Numbered from the stretch's first letter, positions 21,615 through 31,920 are shown. The stretch is 64,000 nucleotides of DNA from an uncultured Spirochaetota bacterium (GCA_963734495.1 CAVTHK010000009.1:192001-256000), one strand, 5' to 3'. Notes: a model not told the origin generated them from the sequence alone. Translations and numbers: made by a program.

Positions 21615-22454
21615 ATGTTGTTGAAGAGACGAGAGAGACAGCAAGACGCCCTGCGCTCCTATTTCGACCAGATCAAAAAGACTCCGCTGCTCACGGCGGA
21701 GCAGGAGCAGGAGCTTTCGCGCCTGGTGCAGGGCGGCGATCACGACGCCTTCAGCAGGCTCGTCGAGGCCAACCTCAGGCTCGTGGTCAAGATCGCCAAG
21801 GCGTTCATGACCTCCGACCTGTCGCTGCTGGACCTGATCCAGGAGGGCAACCTGGGGCTCATGCGGGCCGCGAGCAAGTTCGACTACCGCCGCAACGTGC
21901 GTTTCAGCACCTACGCCTCGTGGTGGATCAAGCAGGCGATCGTGCGCTCGCTGTCCAACAAGCGCCGCGCGATCCGCCTCCCCCATCGCAAGGAGGAGCT
22001 GCTGCGCAAGATCAGCAAGGCGACCAACTGCCTCTCGCAGTCGCTCATGCGCGAGCCGACCGCCCGGGAGATCGCGATGGAGGTCGGTGTCGAGACCAAC
22101 GACGTGCAGAGCCTGATGGAGATGTCGTACAACGTGGTCTCCCTGGACGGGGACACCGGCGACGACTCGGGCTCGCTCAAGGACGTGTTCGAGGATTACT
22201 CGTTCGACCCGGGCCGGGAGCTGCTGCGCAAGAGCCTGCGGGAGGACACGCTGCGCTCCCTCGACCTGCTGCCGAGCAAGGAGAAAGAGATCCTGCTCTA
22301 CCGCTACTCCTTCCACGGCGGCAAGCGCTACACGCTCAAGAAGATCGGCGACAAGATGGGCATCTCGCCGGAGACCGTCCGGCAGATCGAGATCAGAGCG
22401 CTCCGGAGACTTGGTGAAACGGCTTCCGAGCTCCGGGCTTATGTCTACAACTAG
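21615..22454 (+). CDS. RNA polymerase sigma-70 family factor lacking region 1.1 (RpoS-like, group 2)
   Basis: Region 1.2 DALRSYFDQIKKTPLLTAEQE; region 2 ANLRLVV..DLIQEGNLGL..KFD..FSTYASWWIKQAI; region 4 TLKKIG..MGISPETVRQIE; AGGAG RBS. Confidence 0.9.
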   Translation: MLLKRRERQQDALRSYFDQIKKTPLLTAEQEQELSRLVQGGDHDAFSRLVEANLRLVVKIAKAFMTSDLSLLDLIQEGNLGLMRAASKFDYRRNVRFSTYASWWIKQAIVRSLSNKRRAIRLPHRKEELLRKISKATNCLSQSLMREPTAREIAMEVGVETNDVQSLMEMSYNVVSLDGDTGDDSGSLKDVFEDYSFDPGRELLRKSLREDTLRSLDLLPSKEKEILLYRYSFHGGKRYTLKKIGDKMGISPETVRQIEIRALRRLGETASELRAYVYN

Positions 22455-22491
22455 GGCGTAACACTGAAAGCCGGTCCCTCCTCCTCCTTGT

Positions 22492-22527
22492 CACGGGCCG
22501 TTCCGTTGGAACGGCTCGTGCTTTTTC
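22492..22527 (+). terminator. Intrinsic terminator after the sigma factor gene
   Basis: cacgggccgttcc-gtt-ggaacggctcgtg followed by cttttt. Confidence 0.75.
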
Positions 22528-22574
22528 CTCAAGGTGAAGGCAGCCGCCCCGCCGTCGCGGCGCGGGACCCTCGC

Positions 22575-23306
22575 TCATCGGTACGTGTCGATGTCGGCGC
22601 CGCGGCGATCGATCTTCGGCCGCGCCGCGTCGGCGCCCTCTTCTCGCGTCCTGCGGCGGATCCAGCGGTCGTACCAGGCCCGCTGCTCGTCGTCGCTCAT
22701 GTCGCCGGGGGCGTCCTCGGCGAGGGCGCGATGGCGGAGGCTGAAGAGCGTGACCGCCACGGAGACCGAGAGGTTCAGGCTCTGCGTAAAGCCGCACATC
22801 GGGATGAGGAAGCGGCCGTCGGCGCCGGCGATCGCGTCGGGGGAGGCGCCGCCTTCCTCGTTGCCGAAGACGAGCGCCAGCGGCTGGCGGTCGAGCCGGC
22901 CGGCGAGCTCGTGCGGGTCGACCACCGCGTCGGCGCAGAGGTCGGCGGCGAGAACGGCGAAGCCGTCGGCGCGCAGGTCCGCGTACAGCGGCTGGATGTT
23001 CTTGTAGACCCTGAGGTCCGTGTAGAGGTGAGCGCCCTGCGTGACCTGCCGGTTGACCTTGAAGCTGTTGCGCGAGGTGACCACCGCGATGCGGTGAACG
23101 CCGAAGGCGTCGCAGGTCCGGATCACCGCGGAGGCGTTGTGCGCGTCGTAGCAGTTGTCCACGACCACGCAGAGGCGCACGGTCCTCCGGGCGAGCACCT
23201 GCCGGTAGCGCTCCCGCCGCGTGTCCGAGAGCAGCCGGTCGTACGGGTGCGGGCCCACCGGCGAGTCGAGGCTCCTGCGAAAGGCGTAGGTGTCAAAGGA
23301 CTTCAT
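22575..23306 (-). CDS. SpoU/TrmH family RNA 2'-O-methyltransferase
   Basis: VVVDNCYDAHNASAVIRTCDAFG, LVFGNEEGG, IPMCGFTQSLNLSVS. Confidence 0.88.
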   Translation of the reverse strand: MKSFDTYAFRRSLDSPVGPHPYDRLLSDTRRERYRQVLARRTVRLCVVVDNCYDAHNASAVIRTCDAFGVHRIAVVTSRNSFKVNRQVTQGAHLYTDLRVYKNIQPLYADLRADGFAVLAADLCADAVVDPHELAGRLDRQPLALVFGNEEGGASPDAIAGADGRFLIPMCGFTQSLNLSVSVAVTLFSLRHRALAEDAPGDMSDDEQRAWYDRWIRRRTREEGADAARPKIDRRGADIDTYR

Positions 23307-23393
23307 GACGGCGTCGCTCGCCGACACTCTAGAAGGGAAGCCCCCGGTTGTCCAGGGCGGGCGGCCCGCGGGCGGCGCACGGCGCCTGGTGCC

Positions 23394-23504
23394 CGGCGCG
23401 GCGCCTCCCGCCGTCCCGTCCGCACAAGGCGCCCGGCGCGCCCGAGCCGCCGTCTGGTCCGCGCACGGCCCGCGGCGCGCCCGAGCCGCCGTCTGGTCCG
23501 CGCA
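23394..23504. repeat. ~39-bp-period tandem repeat in a divergent intergenic region
   Basis: cggcgcgcccgagccgccgtctggtccgcgca exact at 23434-23465 and 23473-23504, plus a degenerate copy upstream. Confidence 0.75.
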
Positions 23505-23534
23505 AGGATAGGGGGATAAATTTCGAAGGCATCC

Positions 23535-26456
23535 ATGCGAAGGCAAACCGTCACGAGCCTGTTCGCCATCCTCCTCTTCGCCGCCGCGGCCGCCGCGGGC
23601 GCGCAGAGCAGCGCCGAGGACCAGCTCTTCCGCGAGGCGGAGGACCATTACCGCACGGGCAACACGCTCCTCGCCCTCGAACGCTTCGAGGATTTCGCCC
23701 GCCTGTACCCGCTCTCCGACCGCATGCCGGACGCCCAGTATCGCATCGGCGTCTGCCAGTACAGGCTCGGGCGCTATTCCGAGGCCGTCGACACGTTCCG
23801 CCGCGTCGAGAGCCGTTACGCCACGACCCGGTACATCGACCTGGTCTATTTCTGGGCGGGCATGGCCTCGTATCACCTCGGCAAGTGGGGCGACGCGATC
23901 GCGGCCTTCGAGCGGTTCGAAGGCAGGCTCGACGACCCCGAGACGGGCGCGCAGGCGCTGCTCTACCGCGCCCTGAGCGAGGCCGCGCTCGGCGACAACG
24001 CCGCCGCGATCCGCTCGCTCAAGCGCCTCGTCGACGCCTACCCGGCCAGCCCCCTGAAGCCGCAGGCGCTGCTGCGCCAGATGGACCTCGGCCTGCGTTC
24101 GGGGGACGCCGCCGCGGTGCTCGCCATCGACGTCGCGGGCCTGGCCCCCGAGTGGCAGGCGCAGGGCCGCCTCTACCGGGCCGAAGCGCTCTGGCGCCTG
24201 GACCGCAGGCAGGAGGCGCAGCCGCTCTACGAATCGCTGCGCGGCGAGGCGCCCGCGCTCGCGACGTTGGCTTACCAGCGCCTCTTCGCCCTCGCGCAGG
24301 CCCGTGGAGACCTGGCGGGAATGGAGAGCCTCGCCCAGGAGGCGGAGCAGCGTCTCGGGGGCGACCCCGGCCTGCTCGCGGACCTGTGGCTGAGGGTGGG
24401 CGCCGAGAGCCTGCAGCGCAACGAGCTCGATTCCGCCGGCTATTTCCTGCGCAGGGCGTGGGACCGCGGCGCCGAAGCGCCCGCCGGCGACGGGTCGGCC
24501 AGGCACGACGAGGCGCTCTACCTGGCCGAGGTCCACATCCGCGCGGGCCGGCTGGACGATGCGGCTGCCGTGCTCTCGGCCGAGGCGGCGGGCAAAGGCA
24601 CCGACGTGACGCTCCGTCTCGCCGACGTCCGGTTGATGCAGGGCCGTTTCGCGGACGCAGCCGCGCTCTACGAGCGCGCGGCGGCCGCATCGCAGCCGGC
24701 GGGGTCGGACGAGCCCTCGCTGCTTCTCGCGTACTGCCGCTACCGGCTCGGAGACAACGCCGCGGCGCTCGCGATCACGACGCGGCTGCTGGCGTCGGGC
24801 GGCGCGCAGGGCGGCGCGAAGCCGCTGCGGGTCGAGACGCTGCGCCTCCACGCCGCGATCCTGGCCGCCCAGGGGTCGCTGGAGCAGGCCGCGGCCGCGC
24901 TCTCGGACCTGGTGGCGGCTTCGCCTTCGGATGGCCGCGCCGCGCTCGACCTGATGCGGCTGCAGTTCCGCCGCGGCGAGTACCAGCGGGTGGTGCAGCA
25001 GGCGGCGACGAGGCTCTCCGCGCCGCCGGCAAAGGGCGCGGGCGACCCCTATGCCCGCGTCGTCGCGCTCTACCTCAAGGGGCTTTCCGAAACGGCGCTC
25101 AAGCGCTACGCGGATGCCCTCGTCAGCCTCGATGCCATCACCCCGGCCGAGACCGCGGCCGCGGGGCTTTCGGTCATCGACCCCTACGTGCTCTACTACC
25201 GGGCCTGGGCGCGCTACAGGCGGGGGGATCTCGCCGGATCGCGCGACCTGCTCTCCTCGCTCCTCGATAAGTACCCCTCCCACGCCCTGAGGCAGGAAGC
25301 TCTCTACCTGGCCGGCTGGTGCCTCTTCAGCCTCTCGGACCACAACAAGGCGCTTCCCTACTTCAAGGAGGTGGCCGAGAGCACGGGACCGCGCGCCGAC
25401 CGCGCCGCCCTGCTGTACGGCAAGAGCCTCGCCGCCCTCGGCCGCAACGCGGAGGCGCTCGCCGTGTTCCAGAAGCTCGGGCAGAAGCCCGGAGACGTGG
25501 CCGGCGAAGCCCGCTTCGAGGCCGCCGGAACGCTGGCCGCCCTGGGCCGCGTCGACGAAGCGGCGGCGGCCTACCGCGATCTGGCCGCGGCGTACCCTTC
25601 GTCCCCCCTGGCCGAAGAGGCGCTCTATCGCCGCGGGACCCTGTTCCGAGAGGCCCGCCGGCCGGCCGACGCCGCGGCCGCGTTCACCGACTACCGCACG
25701 CGCTTCCCCGAAGGCAGGCAAATGGACGGCGCCCTGTACTGGGGCGGCCTCTCGTCGCAGGAGGACGGCCACGCCTTTGGCGCCGTGCTCCTGTGGGAGA
25801 TCCTGATCGACCGCTACAGGACGAGCTCCTTCCGCGCGGACGCGCTCAGGCGCACGGCCGCGATCTACGAGCAGCGCAACGAGACGGGCCGCTCCCTCGC
25901 GATGCTCGAGCGGCTGGCGGCGGACTACCCGGACCAGGCCGCGTCGGTGCGCGACAAGATCCGCGAGCTGCGCCTGGTGCAGGCGGGCGCGAGCGATCGG
26001 GAGGCTCAGCTGCGGGTGCGCGTCGACGGCGCGGGCGGCGCAAAGACCGCCGCGGGCCGTGCCGCGATGCTCGACCTGGCCGCGCTCGACGTTCACGAGA
26101 CCACGACGCGCGGCGTAGACGCCCGGGCCAGGGCGCTCGACGAAGCGGACCGGCTGCTGTCTTCGGTGCTCGCGAGCGGCGACGCAGCGCTCGCCCCGCG
26201 GGCGCATTACCTCCTCGCTGAAGTGCGGGACGCCAGGGGAAACCCCGTGGAGGCCGCCCGCGAGTTCCTCGCCGCGGCTGTCGCGGCGCCCGGCGACGCG
26301 GACCTGGCCCCCTCGGCTCTCTACCGCGCGGCCGAGGCCATGAGCCGCGCGGGCAAGCGCGAAGACACGCGCGCCCTGGTCGACCGGCTCGAGCGATCCT
26401 TCCCCGGCTCCTCGTGGACGCTGGAGGCGCGCAAGCTGCTGGAGGTGAGCCGGTGA
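23535..26456 (+). CDS. Large secreted tetratricopeptide-repeat protein
   Basis: Signal peptide; many TPR units with BamD/CpoB-like 'YP.S' turns (DAQYRIG, EALYLAGW, EEALYRRG, ALYRAAE). Confidence 0.88.
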   Translation: MRRQTVTSLFAILLFAAAAAAGAQSSAEDQLFREAEDHYRTGNTLLALERFEDFARLYPLSDRMPDAQYRIGVCQYRLGRYSEAVDTFRRVESRYATTRYIDLVYFWAGMASYHLGKWGDAIAAFERFEGRLDDPETGAQALLYRALSEAALGDNAAAIRSLKRLVDAYPASPLKPQALLRQMDLGLRSGDAAAVLAIDVAGLAPEWQAQGRLYRAEALWRLDRRQEAQPLYESLRGEAPALATLAYQRLFALAQARGDLAGMESLAQEAEQRLGGDPGLLADLWLRVGAESLQRNELDSAGYFLRRAWDRGAEAPAGDGSARHDEALYLAEVHIRAGRLDDAAAVLSAEAAGKGTDVTLRLADVRLMQGRFADAAALYERAAAASQPAGSDEPSLLLAYCRYRLGDNAAALAITTRLLASGGAQGGAKPLRVETLRLHAAILAAQGSLEQAAAALSDLVAASPSDGRAALDLMRLQFRRGEYQRVVQQAATRLSAPPAKGAGDPYARVVALYLKGLSETALKRYADALVSLDAITPAETAAAGLSVIDPYVLYYRAWARYRRGDLAGSRDLLSSLLDKYPSHALRQEALYLAGWCLFSLSDHNKALPYFKEVAESTGPRADRAALLYGKSLAALGRNAEALAVFQKLGQKPGDVAGEARFEAAGTLAALGRVDEAAAAYRDLAAAYPSSPLAEEALYRRGTLFREARRPADAAAAFTDYRTRFPEGRQMDGALYWGGLSSQEDGHAFGAVLLWEILIDRYRTSSFRADALRRTAAIYEQRNETGRSLAMLERLAADYPDQAASVRDKIRELRLVQAGASDREAQLRVRVDGAGGAKTAAGRAAMLDLAALDVHETTTRGVDARARALDEADRLLSSVLASGDAALAPRAHYLLAEVRDARGNPVEAAREFLAAAVAAPGDADLAPSALYRAAEAMSRAGKREDTRALVDRLERSFPGSSWTLEARKLLEVSR

Positions 26457-28072
26457 CCGTCAAGAGGTGGTTCGTTGCGGGCTCCCTGCTGGCGGCCGCG
26501 TGCCTCGCGCGCCCTGGCGCGCAGCCCCTGGACGCGGGCGAGCCGGAGCTGATCCTGCCGGACATCGTGCTGCGCATCGAGGACCTGACGGTGGAGAAGG
26601 TGATCGCGGGCCTGCCGGCGGAGGGCGAGCTTCTTCCGCCGCCCCTGCGGGTGCCGCCGCTGCCGGCGCTGCAGGAGCCGGTCGTCCGCGACGTCGAGCC
26701 GCCCATCGCCGCGCCGGGCGAGCCGGGAGCTGCGCCCGTCGGCGCGGGAGGGCTTTCGGCCGAGGCCGTCGTCGGCGCCGGGACCCTGAACCACACCTAC
26801 GGGCGGGTCGGGGTGTACCGCACCGGCGAAGGGCCGCGCTTCAGCCTTCGTTTCCTGCATGACATGGAAGACGGCCTCGGCGGCGAGGACCCCGGCTCCG
26901 GCTTCCACCAGCGCGAGGACCGCCTCGACGCCGACGTGAGGCTCCGCGGCGGCCGGCTCGAAGTCGACACCCAGGGGCACTTCAGCGACTCGGAACGCGG
27001 GCTCCAGGAGCAGGGGCCTTACTACGCCCGGACCCTGCGCGACCTGAACGGGTCGGTCGACCTGAGCTACGCCCTGGCCGATCGCCTGGCGCTGACCGGC
27101 GCGCTTGCGGTCGACTACGCGTCGGACCTGCTGTCAGGCTCGTCCAACCCGCTCGTGGCTGCGCGCAGCGACTCCGAGAGCTCGCTCGCGCCGCGCATCG
27201 GTCTGCGCTACAAGGCCGAGGGCTTCGAGGCGGCGCTGGTGGGCGGCTACACCTACACCGTGGGCTTCGAAGAGCTGCAGCGGGTGCGGGTGGACGCCTC
27301 GGTCTCGTGGGACCCGAGCGAGAGGGTCGGGCTCAAGGCGCAGGCCGGGTGGTACTGGAGCGACCCGATCGGGAGCCTTCTTCCATTCCAGCTCTCGTTC
27401 TCGGGGGCGTTCTCGCCCATCACGCTGGATGCGAGCGCGGGCTACCGCGTGACGCAGCTCGACTGGGGCAAGCTCCTCGCAGATCATCCGTTTGCGGACA
27501 TCACCTCCGACCCCGAGGACGACCGCGGCTGGTTCGCCGACGGCCGTCTCGGGATCGCGATCGCCACGGGGCTCTCGCTGCAGACGCGCCTCGGGTGGCA
27601 GCTCGAGGAGGCGATGCCCGACCCGGCGCTGCTGCCGGGCGACGTGCTCGACGCGGCGGGGCTGTTCGCGTTCTCGCAGACAAAGGCGGACCGCCTCACC
27701 GGCAGCGCGGGGCTGCGCTGGAATCCGAAGCCGATGCTGGGGCTGACGGCCGCGGTCGACGCCGAGCTCTTCGAGCGGCCGACGCTGGACCCGCGCTACG
27801 TGCTGCGCCTGCAGGCCGACGTTTCGCAGCCATCGGGGATCTGGGGGGCCTCGGCGACCGCGCGCCTCGAGCTCGAGAGCCAGGGAGACCCCGGGGGGAC
27901 CGCCGTGCCTTTCGTCGACGCGAGCGCCTTCTGGCGCGTTTCGGCTCCCGTGACGCTGAGCCTCGAAGGCGGGGACCTCTTCGCCTGGCTCATAGACGGG
28001 CCGCGCTACCGGAGCTATCCTTTCATCGAGCCCGGAACGAGCGTAATCCTGAAAGTGCAGATCAACCTGTAG
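26453..28072 (+). CDS. Putative outer-membrane beta-barrel protein
   Basis: Signal peptide, Pro-rich linker, alternating amphipathic strands rich in aromatic residues, C-terminal strand VILKVQINL; GTG start overlaps the TPR stop. Confidence 0.65.
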   Translation: MTVKRWFVAGSLLAAACLARPGAQPLDAGEPELILPDIVLRIEDLTVEKVIAGLPAEGELLPPPLRVPPLPALQEPVVRDVEPPIAAPGEPGAAPVGAGGLSAEAVVGAGTLNHTYGRVGVYRTGEGPRFSLRFLHDMEDGLGGEDPGSGFHQREDRLDADVRLRGGRLEVDTQGHFSDSERGLQEQGPYYARTLRDLNGSVDLSYALADRLALTGALAVDYASDLLSGSSNPLVAARSDSESSLAPRIGLRYKAEGFEAALVGGYTYTVGFEELQRVRVDASVSWDPSERVGLKAQAGWYWSDPIGSLLPFQLSFSGAFSPITLDASAGYRVTQLDWGKLLADHPFADITSDPEDDRGWFADGRLGIAIATGLSLQTRLGWQLEEAMPDPALLPGDVLDAAGLFAFSQTKADRLTGSAGLRWNPKPMLGLTAAVDAELFERPTLDPRYVLRLQADVSQPSGIWGASATARLELESQGDPGGTAVPFVDASAFWRVSAPVTLSLEGGDLFAWLIDGPRYRSYPFIEPGTSVILKVQINL

Positions 28073-28082
28073 GGGCGAGCCT

Positions 28083-29015
28083 ATGGAAGCCATGTACGAC
28101 AACCGGACTGACCGGCTGCTTGCGAGCGTCCTCGCTGCGCTGGCGCTGCACGCGGCGCTTCTCCTGCTCTTCGCGTTCGTCGGGGCCTTCTCGCCGTCGA
28201 CACCGCCGGTTCTTGTCTCCGTGACGCTGGAGACGCCGCAGCTTGCGGTGCAGCAGGAGTCGCGGCACGAGCACGCGGCGGCCGAGCCCGCGGCGCCGGC
28301 GTCGCCGCGCCGGCCGCGCGCGCCGCAGCGCGCCCGCGGCGGCGCCGTCGGCTGCCAACTACCAGGCGCCCAGCGCGCAGGAGCTCCAGAGGGCCATGAG
28401 CGCGCTCCGCGACAACCCGGCTCCCGTGTCGTCCGGCGACAAAGCTGCATCCGCCCTCGTACTGCCGCGGTCGACGGCTCCATCGCCTGACAACCTGGCG
28501 CCTCCTGCCGGCTACAAGCGCGAGGGGGACCTCTTGTTGCCGGCCCCCGGCGGGACCGCGGCCGCGCCGCCGCGCCAACCGGCGCAGGCGGGGCCGGCGC
28601 TCGACGTGGGCGCCTACGACCGGGCGCCGGTCCGGCGCGGCCGGCGCCGGCGCGACTGCCGCGGCGGGCGCGGCGCCGGCGAGCGGGCAGGGCCCGGCCG
28701 GCGCCGCCGCGGCGCCGCCACGGGCGACATCAGGTGGGAGACGCCGGGCGCCGCGAGGGTGATGGTAACCGACGTGCTTCCCGATATTCGAGAGGTGGCG
28801 GGATCTGCTGCCCCTGAGCGCGGAGGTCACTTTCCGGGTGGACGCCTCAGGCCTCGTGAGCAGCGTCAGCATCGTCAAGATCGAGCGGTTTCACCGAGGT
28901 CGGACAACGCGATCAGTGGCGGCGGTCGCGCCACTGGGTGTTCAAAGCGTCGCCGGGCACTCCCGCGGTGCAGGGGAGCAGGAGCATTGTCTTCAAGTCG
29001 GCCAACGCCCGCTGA
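28083..29015 (+). CDS. TonB-like energy transducer; multiple frameshifts
   Basis: N-terminal TM helix with S..ALALH motif and a Pro/Ala-rich linker. The C-terminus reconstructs as VTFRVDASGLVSSVSIVK-SSGF..VDNA..WVFK. Confidence 0.6.
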
Positions 29016-29727
29016 ACCGGCCCGCGCGGCGGCGGCCGTCCTCGCCCTCGGCTGCGCGCTGCTGGCCTCCTGCACCACGCCCGAAGGCGCGCTGCGCGGC
29101 GGGCCTTCGGCGCGGGGATTCGTCCCCACGGCCGCGTTCATCCCGAATCCGGCGGGCGGCGCTGGGCTGGATGGGTTGCAGGCGCAGCTGGTCACGAATG
29201 CCAGGAGCTTCCTCGGACGCCGCACGATCGTGGTCGGCCGGCGCACCTTTACGGCTGACTGCACGGGGCTCGTGCTCGCGATCTACTTCTCCGTGGGAAT
29301 GGACCTGGAACAGGTGTTCCCCCGCTACCAGGGCGGCGGCGTCGCGCGGCTGCATGCGGCGATGGACGACAACCGGCTGCTGCACCGCGACCCCCGGCCG
29401 GATGCCGCGGACCTCATGTTCTGGGACAACACGTACGACGCGAACGGCGACGGCCGCTGGAACGACAGCCTGACGCACGTCGGGATGGTGATGGAAACGG
29501 GCGGCGACGGGACCGTGGCGTACATCCACTACGACTACCGGCGCGGCGTGGTGCTCGCGAGGATGAACCTGGCCCGGCCGTCCCTTGCGGGAGAGCGCGG
29601 CCCGGGCGGGACCTGGAACACGCTGAACTCGCCGATGCGCATGGACGGCACGTTCCGGCCCGGCGATCCCGTCCTCGCCGGGGAGCTCTTCCGCGACTAC
29701 GGGCGGGCGTACAAGCTGCCGCTGTGA
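29016..29727 (+). CDS. NlpC/P60 (CHAP-like) peptidoglycan hydrolase lipoprotein; start uncertain
   Basis: Lipobox LLASC; catalytic DCTG, DLMFW and THVGMV..YIH. Confidence 0.75.
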
Positions 29728-29836
29728 CCCGGCGGGGGCCGGGCCTCGCAGCTCCCGTCTCGATCAAGCCGCTCCGTCCGTTGTCGATAACATAGGCAAC
29801 CCGCGGGAGGAGCGCCGGGCGCCGGCCGGCAGGCCG

Positions 29837-30819
29837 ATGGCGACCACGCGCAGGAAGACAGCGAACGGCGGCGGCAAGCCGCGAACGGCCGGGGCGGAAG
29901 CCCGCGAAGGCTCGGACCGGCGCCCGACGCAGGCCGCGCTCCTGATGGGCGTGATCGTGATGCTGCTCGCGATGGTGCTGGCTGTCCTGCCGCGCGTGCG
30001 CCGGGCGCGCGGCCGTCGCGGGCGCCGCGCCGCACCGCGACGCCGCAGCCCGAGGGTGGAGCGGAGCGGCAGGCGCGCTCCCGAACCGCAGCCGAGGAGC
30101 GCACGCCGCCGCCGGACAGCGCGGTCAGGACCCGCGCGATCGGTCCGCTCGTGGCCGCTCGCGTGCGCGTCGCCGTGGTGATCGACGACGTGGGGTACAA
30201 CCTCAAGGAGCTGGAGCCTTTCCTCCGGATACCGGGGCCGGTGACCTTCGCGATCCTGCCCGGGCTCCCGCACAGCACGGAGGCCGCCCGCCGCGTTGTC
30301 GCCGCGGGCAAGGAAGTCATCGTTCACATGCCCATGGAGCCGGTCGGGCCGGAAAACCCCGGCCCGGGCGCCATCCTGGTCTCCCAGAGCGATTCCGAGA
30401 TCCGGGAGCGGCTCGAGAGCGCCCTGCAGAGCGTGCCCGAGGCCCGGGGGATGAACAACCACATGGGCTCGCGCGCCGAAGCCGACCGCCGCGTGATGGG
30501 CGTGGTCATGGACACGCTGCGCGCACGGGGCCTCTTCTTTCTCGACAGCCGCACCACCGCGGGCACCGTCGCGCCGGAGTTGGCGGCGGAGCGGGAGGTG
30601 CCGCTGCTGGAGCGTTCGGTCTTCCTGGACAACGTCCCGGATCCGGCCGAGGTGGAGGCTCGTCTCCGCGACGGGCTTGCCGTCGCGGTCGAGAAGGGCG
30701 AGGCCGTCCTCATCGGCCACGTGCAGAGCCCGGCCACGCGCGAAGTGCTCGCCAGGGTGCTTCCCGGGCTCGCGGCCAAGGGCTTCGATCGGGTCGCACT
30801 CTCCGCCCTGCTGCCGTAG
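29837..30819 (+). CDS. Divergent polysaccharide deacetylase family protein (YibQ-like); frameshifted N-terminus
   Basis: N-terminal TM helix; VAVVIDDVG, HMPMEP, GMNNHMGS, FLDSRT, VFLDN, IGH. Confidence 0.85.
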
Positions 30820-30906
30820 CGCAGGCGGGGGCCTCCCCGGCGGCACACCCCCGCGATTCGCGCAGGGGGGCTTTCTCAGGAGTCCGATTCTTCGTATACA
30901 TCTCGC

Positions 30907-31920
30907 ATGAAGGTCCTCGGCATCGAGACGTCATGCGACGAATGCTCCGCCGCGGTCGTCGAAGACGGAAAGCGGATCCTGAGCAACGTCATCGCGACCC
31001 AGATCGAGTTCCACAAGCCCTACTACGGCGTCGTGCCCGAGATCGCTTCGCGCAAGCACCTGGAGTGGATCGACCCGGTGATCGAGGAGTCGCTGCGCGA
31101 GGCCGGGGTCGGCCTCGACGGCGTCGACGTCATCGCCGCGACCTACCGGCCCGGGCTCGTGGGGAGCCTTCTCGTCGGGCTCTGCTACGCCAAGGGTCTC
31201 GCCCTCGCCGCCGGCCGGCCCTTCGTCGGCGTCGACCACATCCAGGCGCATCTGTACGCGCCGCACCTGGGCGAGGAGATCGCTTACCCGTACATCGGCG
31301 TGATCGTTTCCGGAGGGCACACGATGATCGCCCTCGTGCGCAACTACGATCGCTTCGAGATCCTCGGGGCCACCATCGACGACGCCTGCGGCGAGGCGCT
31401 CGACAAGGTGGCCAAGTTCTACGATCTGGGCTACCCCGGAGGCGTCGCGATCGACCGCCTCGCGAAGAGCGGCCGGGCGGAAGCCTTCAATTTTCCCAAG
31501 CCCTCCCTCCACAAGGGCGACCACCGATACGACGTTTCCTACAGCGGGCTGAAGACCGCGGCGGTGAACCAGATCGACCAGTTCTGGGACCGCCGCTACG
31601 AGAAGAGCAAGGAGAACATTGCCGCGGCGTTCCAGAAGGCGGCGATCGACATCATCGTCGACCGGGCGCTCCTCGCGGTCGAGGACACCGGCATCCGCAC
31701 GGTGGTCGCCGGCGGCGGCGTGTCCGCCAACAGCTACCTGCGCGCGCGCCTCGGCTCCCAGCCGGGCCTGCGCGCCGTCTTCCCGCCGATGAAGCTCTGC
31801 ACCGACAACGGCGCGATGATCGCGGGACTCGCCTGGCACTACCACGTCACGGGCCGCGACTCGGCCTGGGACCTCAACGCGCAGGCGCGCGTGCCCGGCT
31901 TCCGCAAGCTCTATCCCTGA
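30907..31920 (+). CDS. tsaD: tRNA N6-adenosine threonylcarbamoyltransferase
   Basis: LGIETSCDE, GVVPEIASRKH, HIQAH, VSGGHT, DDACGEALDK, CTDNGAMI. Confidence 0.96.
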   Translation: MKVLGIETSCDECSAAVVEDGKRILSNVIATQIEFHKPYYGVVPEIASRKHLEWIDPVIEESLREAGVGLDGVDVIAATYRPGLVGSLLVGLCYAKGLALAAGRPFVGVDHIQAHLYAPHLGEEIAYPYIGVIVSGGHTMIALVRNYDRFEILGATIDDACGEALDKVAKFYDLGYPGGVAIDRLAKSGRAEAFNFPKPSLHKGDHRYDVSYSGLKTAAVNQIDQFWDRRYEKSKENIAAAFQKAAIDIIVDRALLAVEDTGIRTVVAGGGVSANSYLRARLGSQPGLRAVFPPMKLCTDNGAMIAGLAWHYHVTGRDSAWDLNAQARVPGFRKLYP

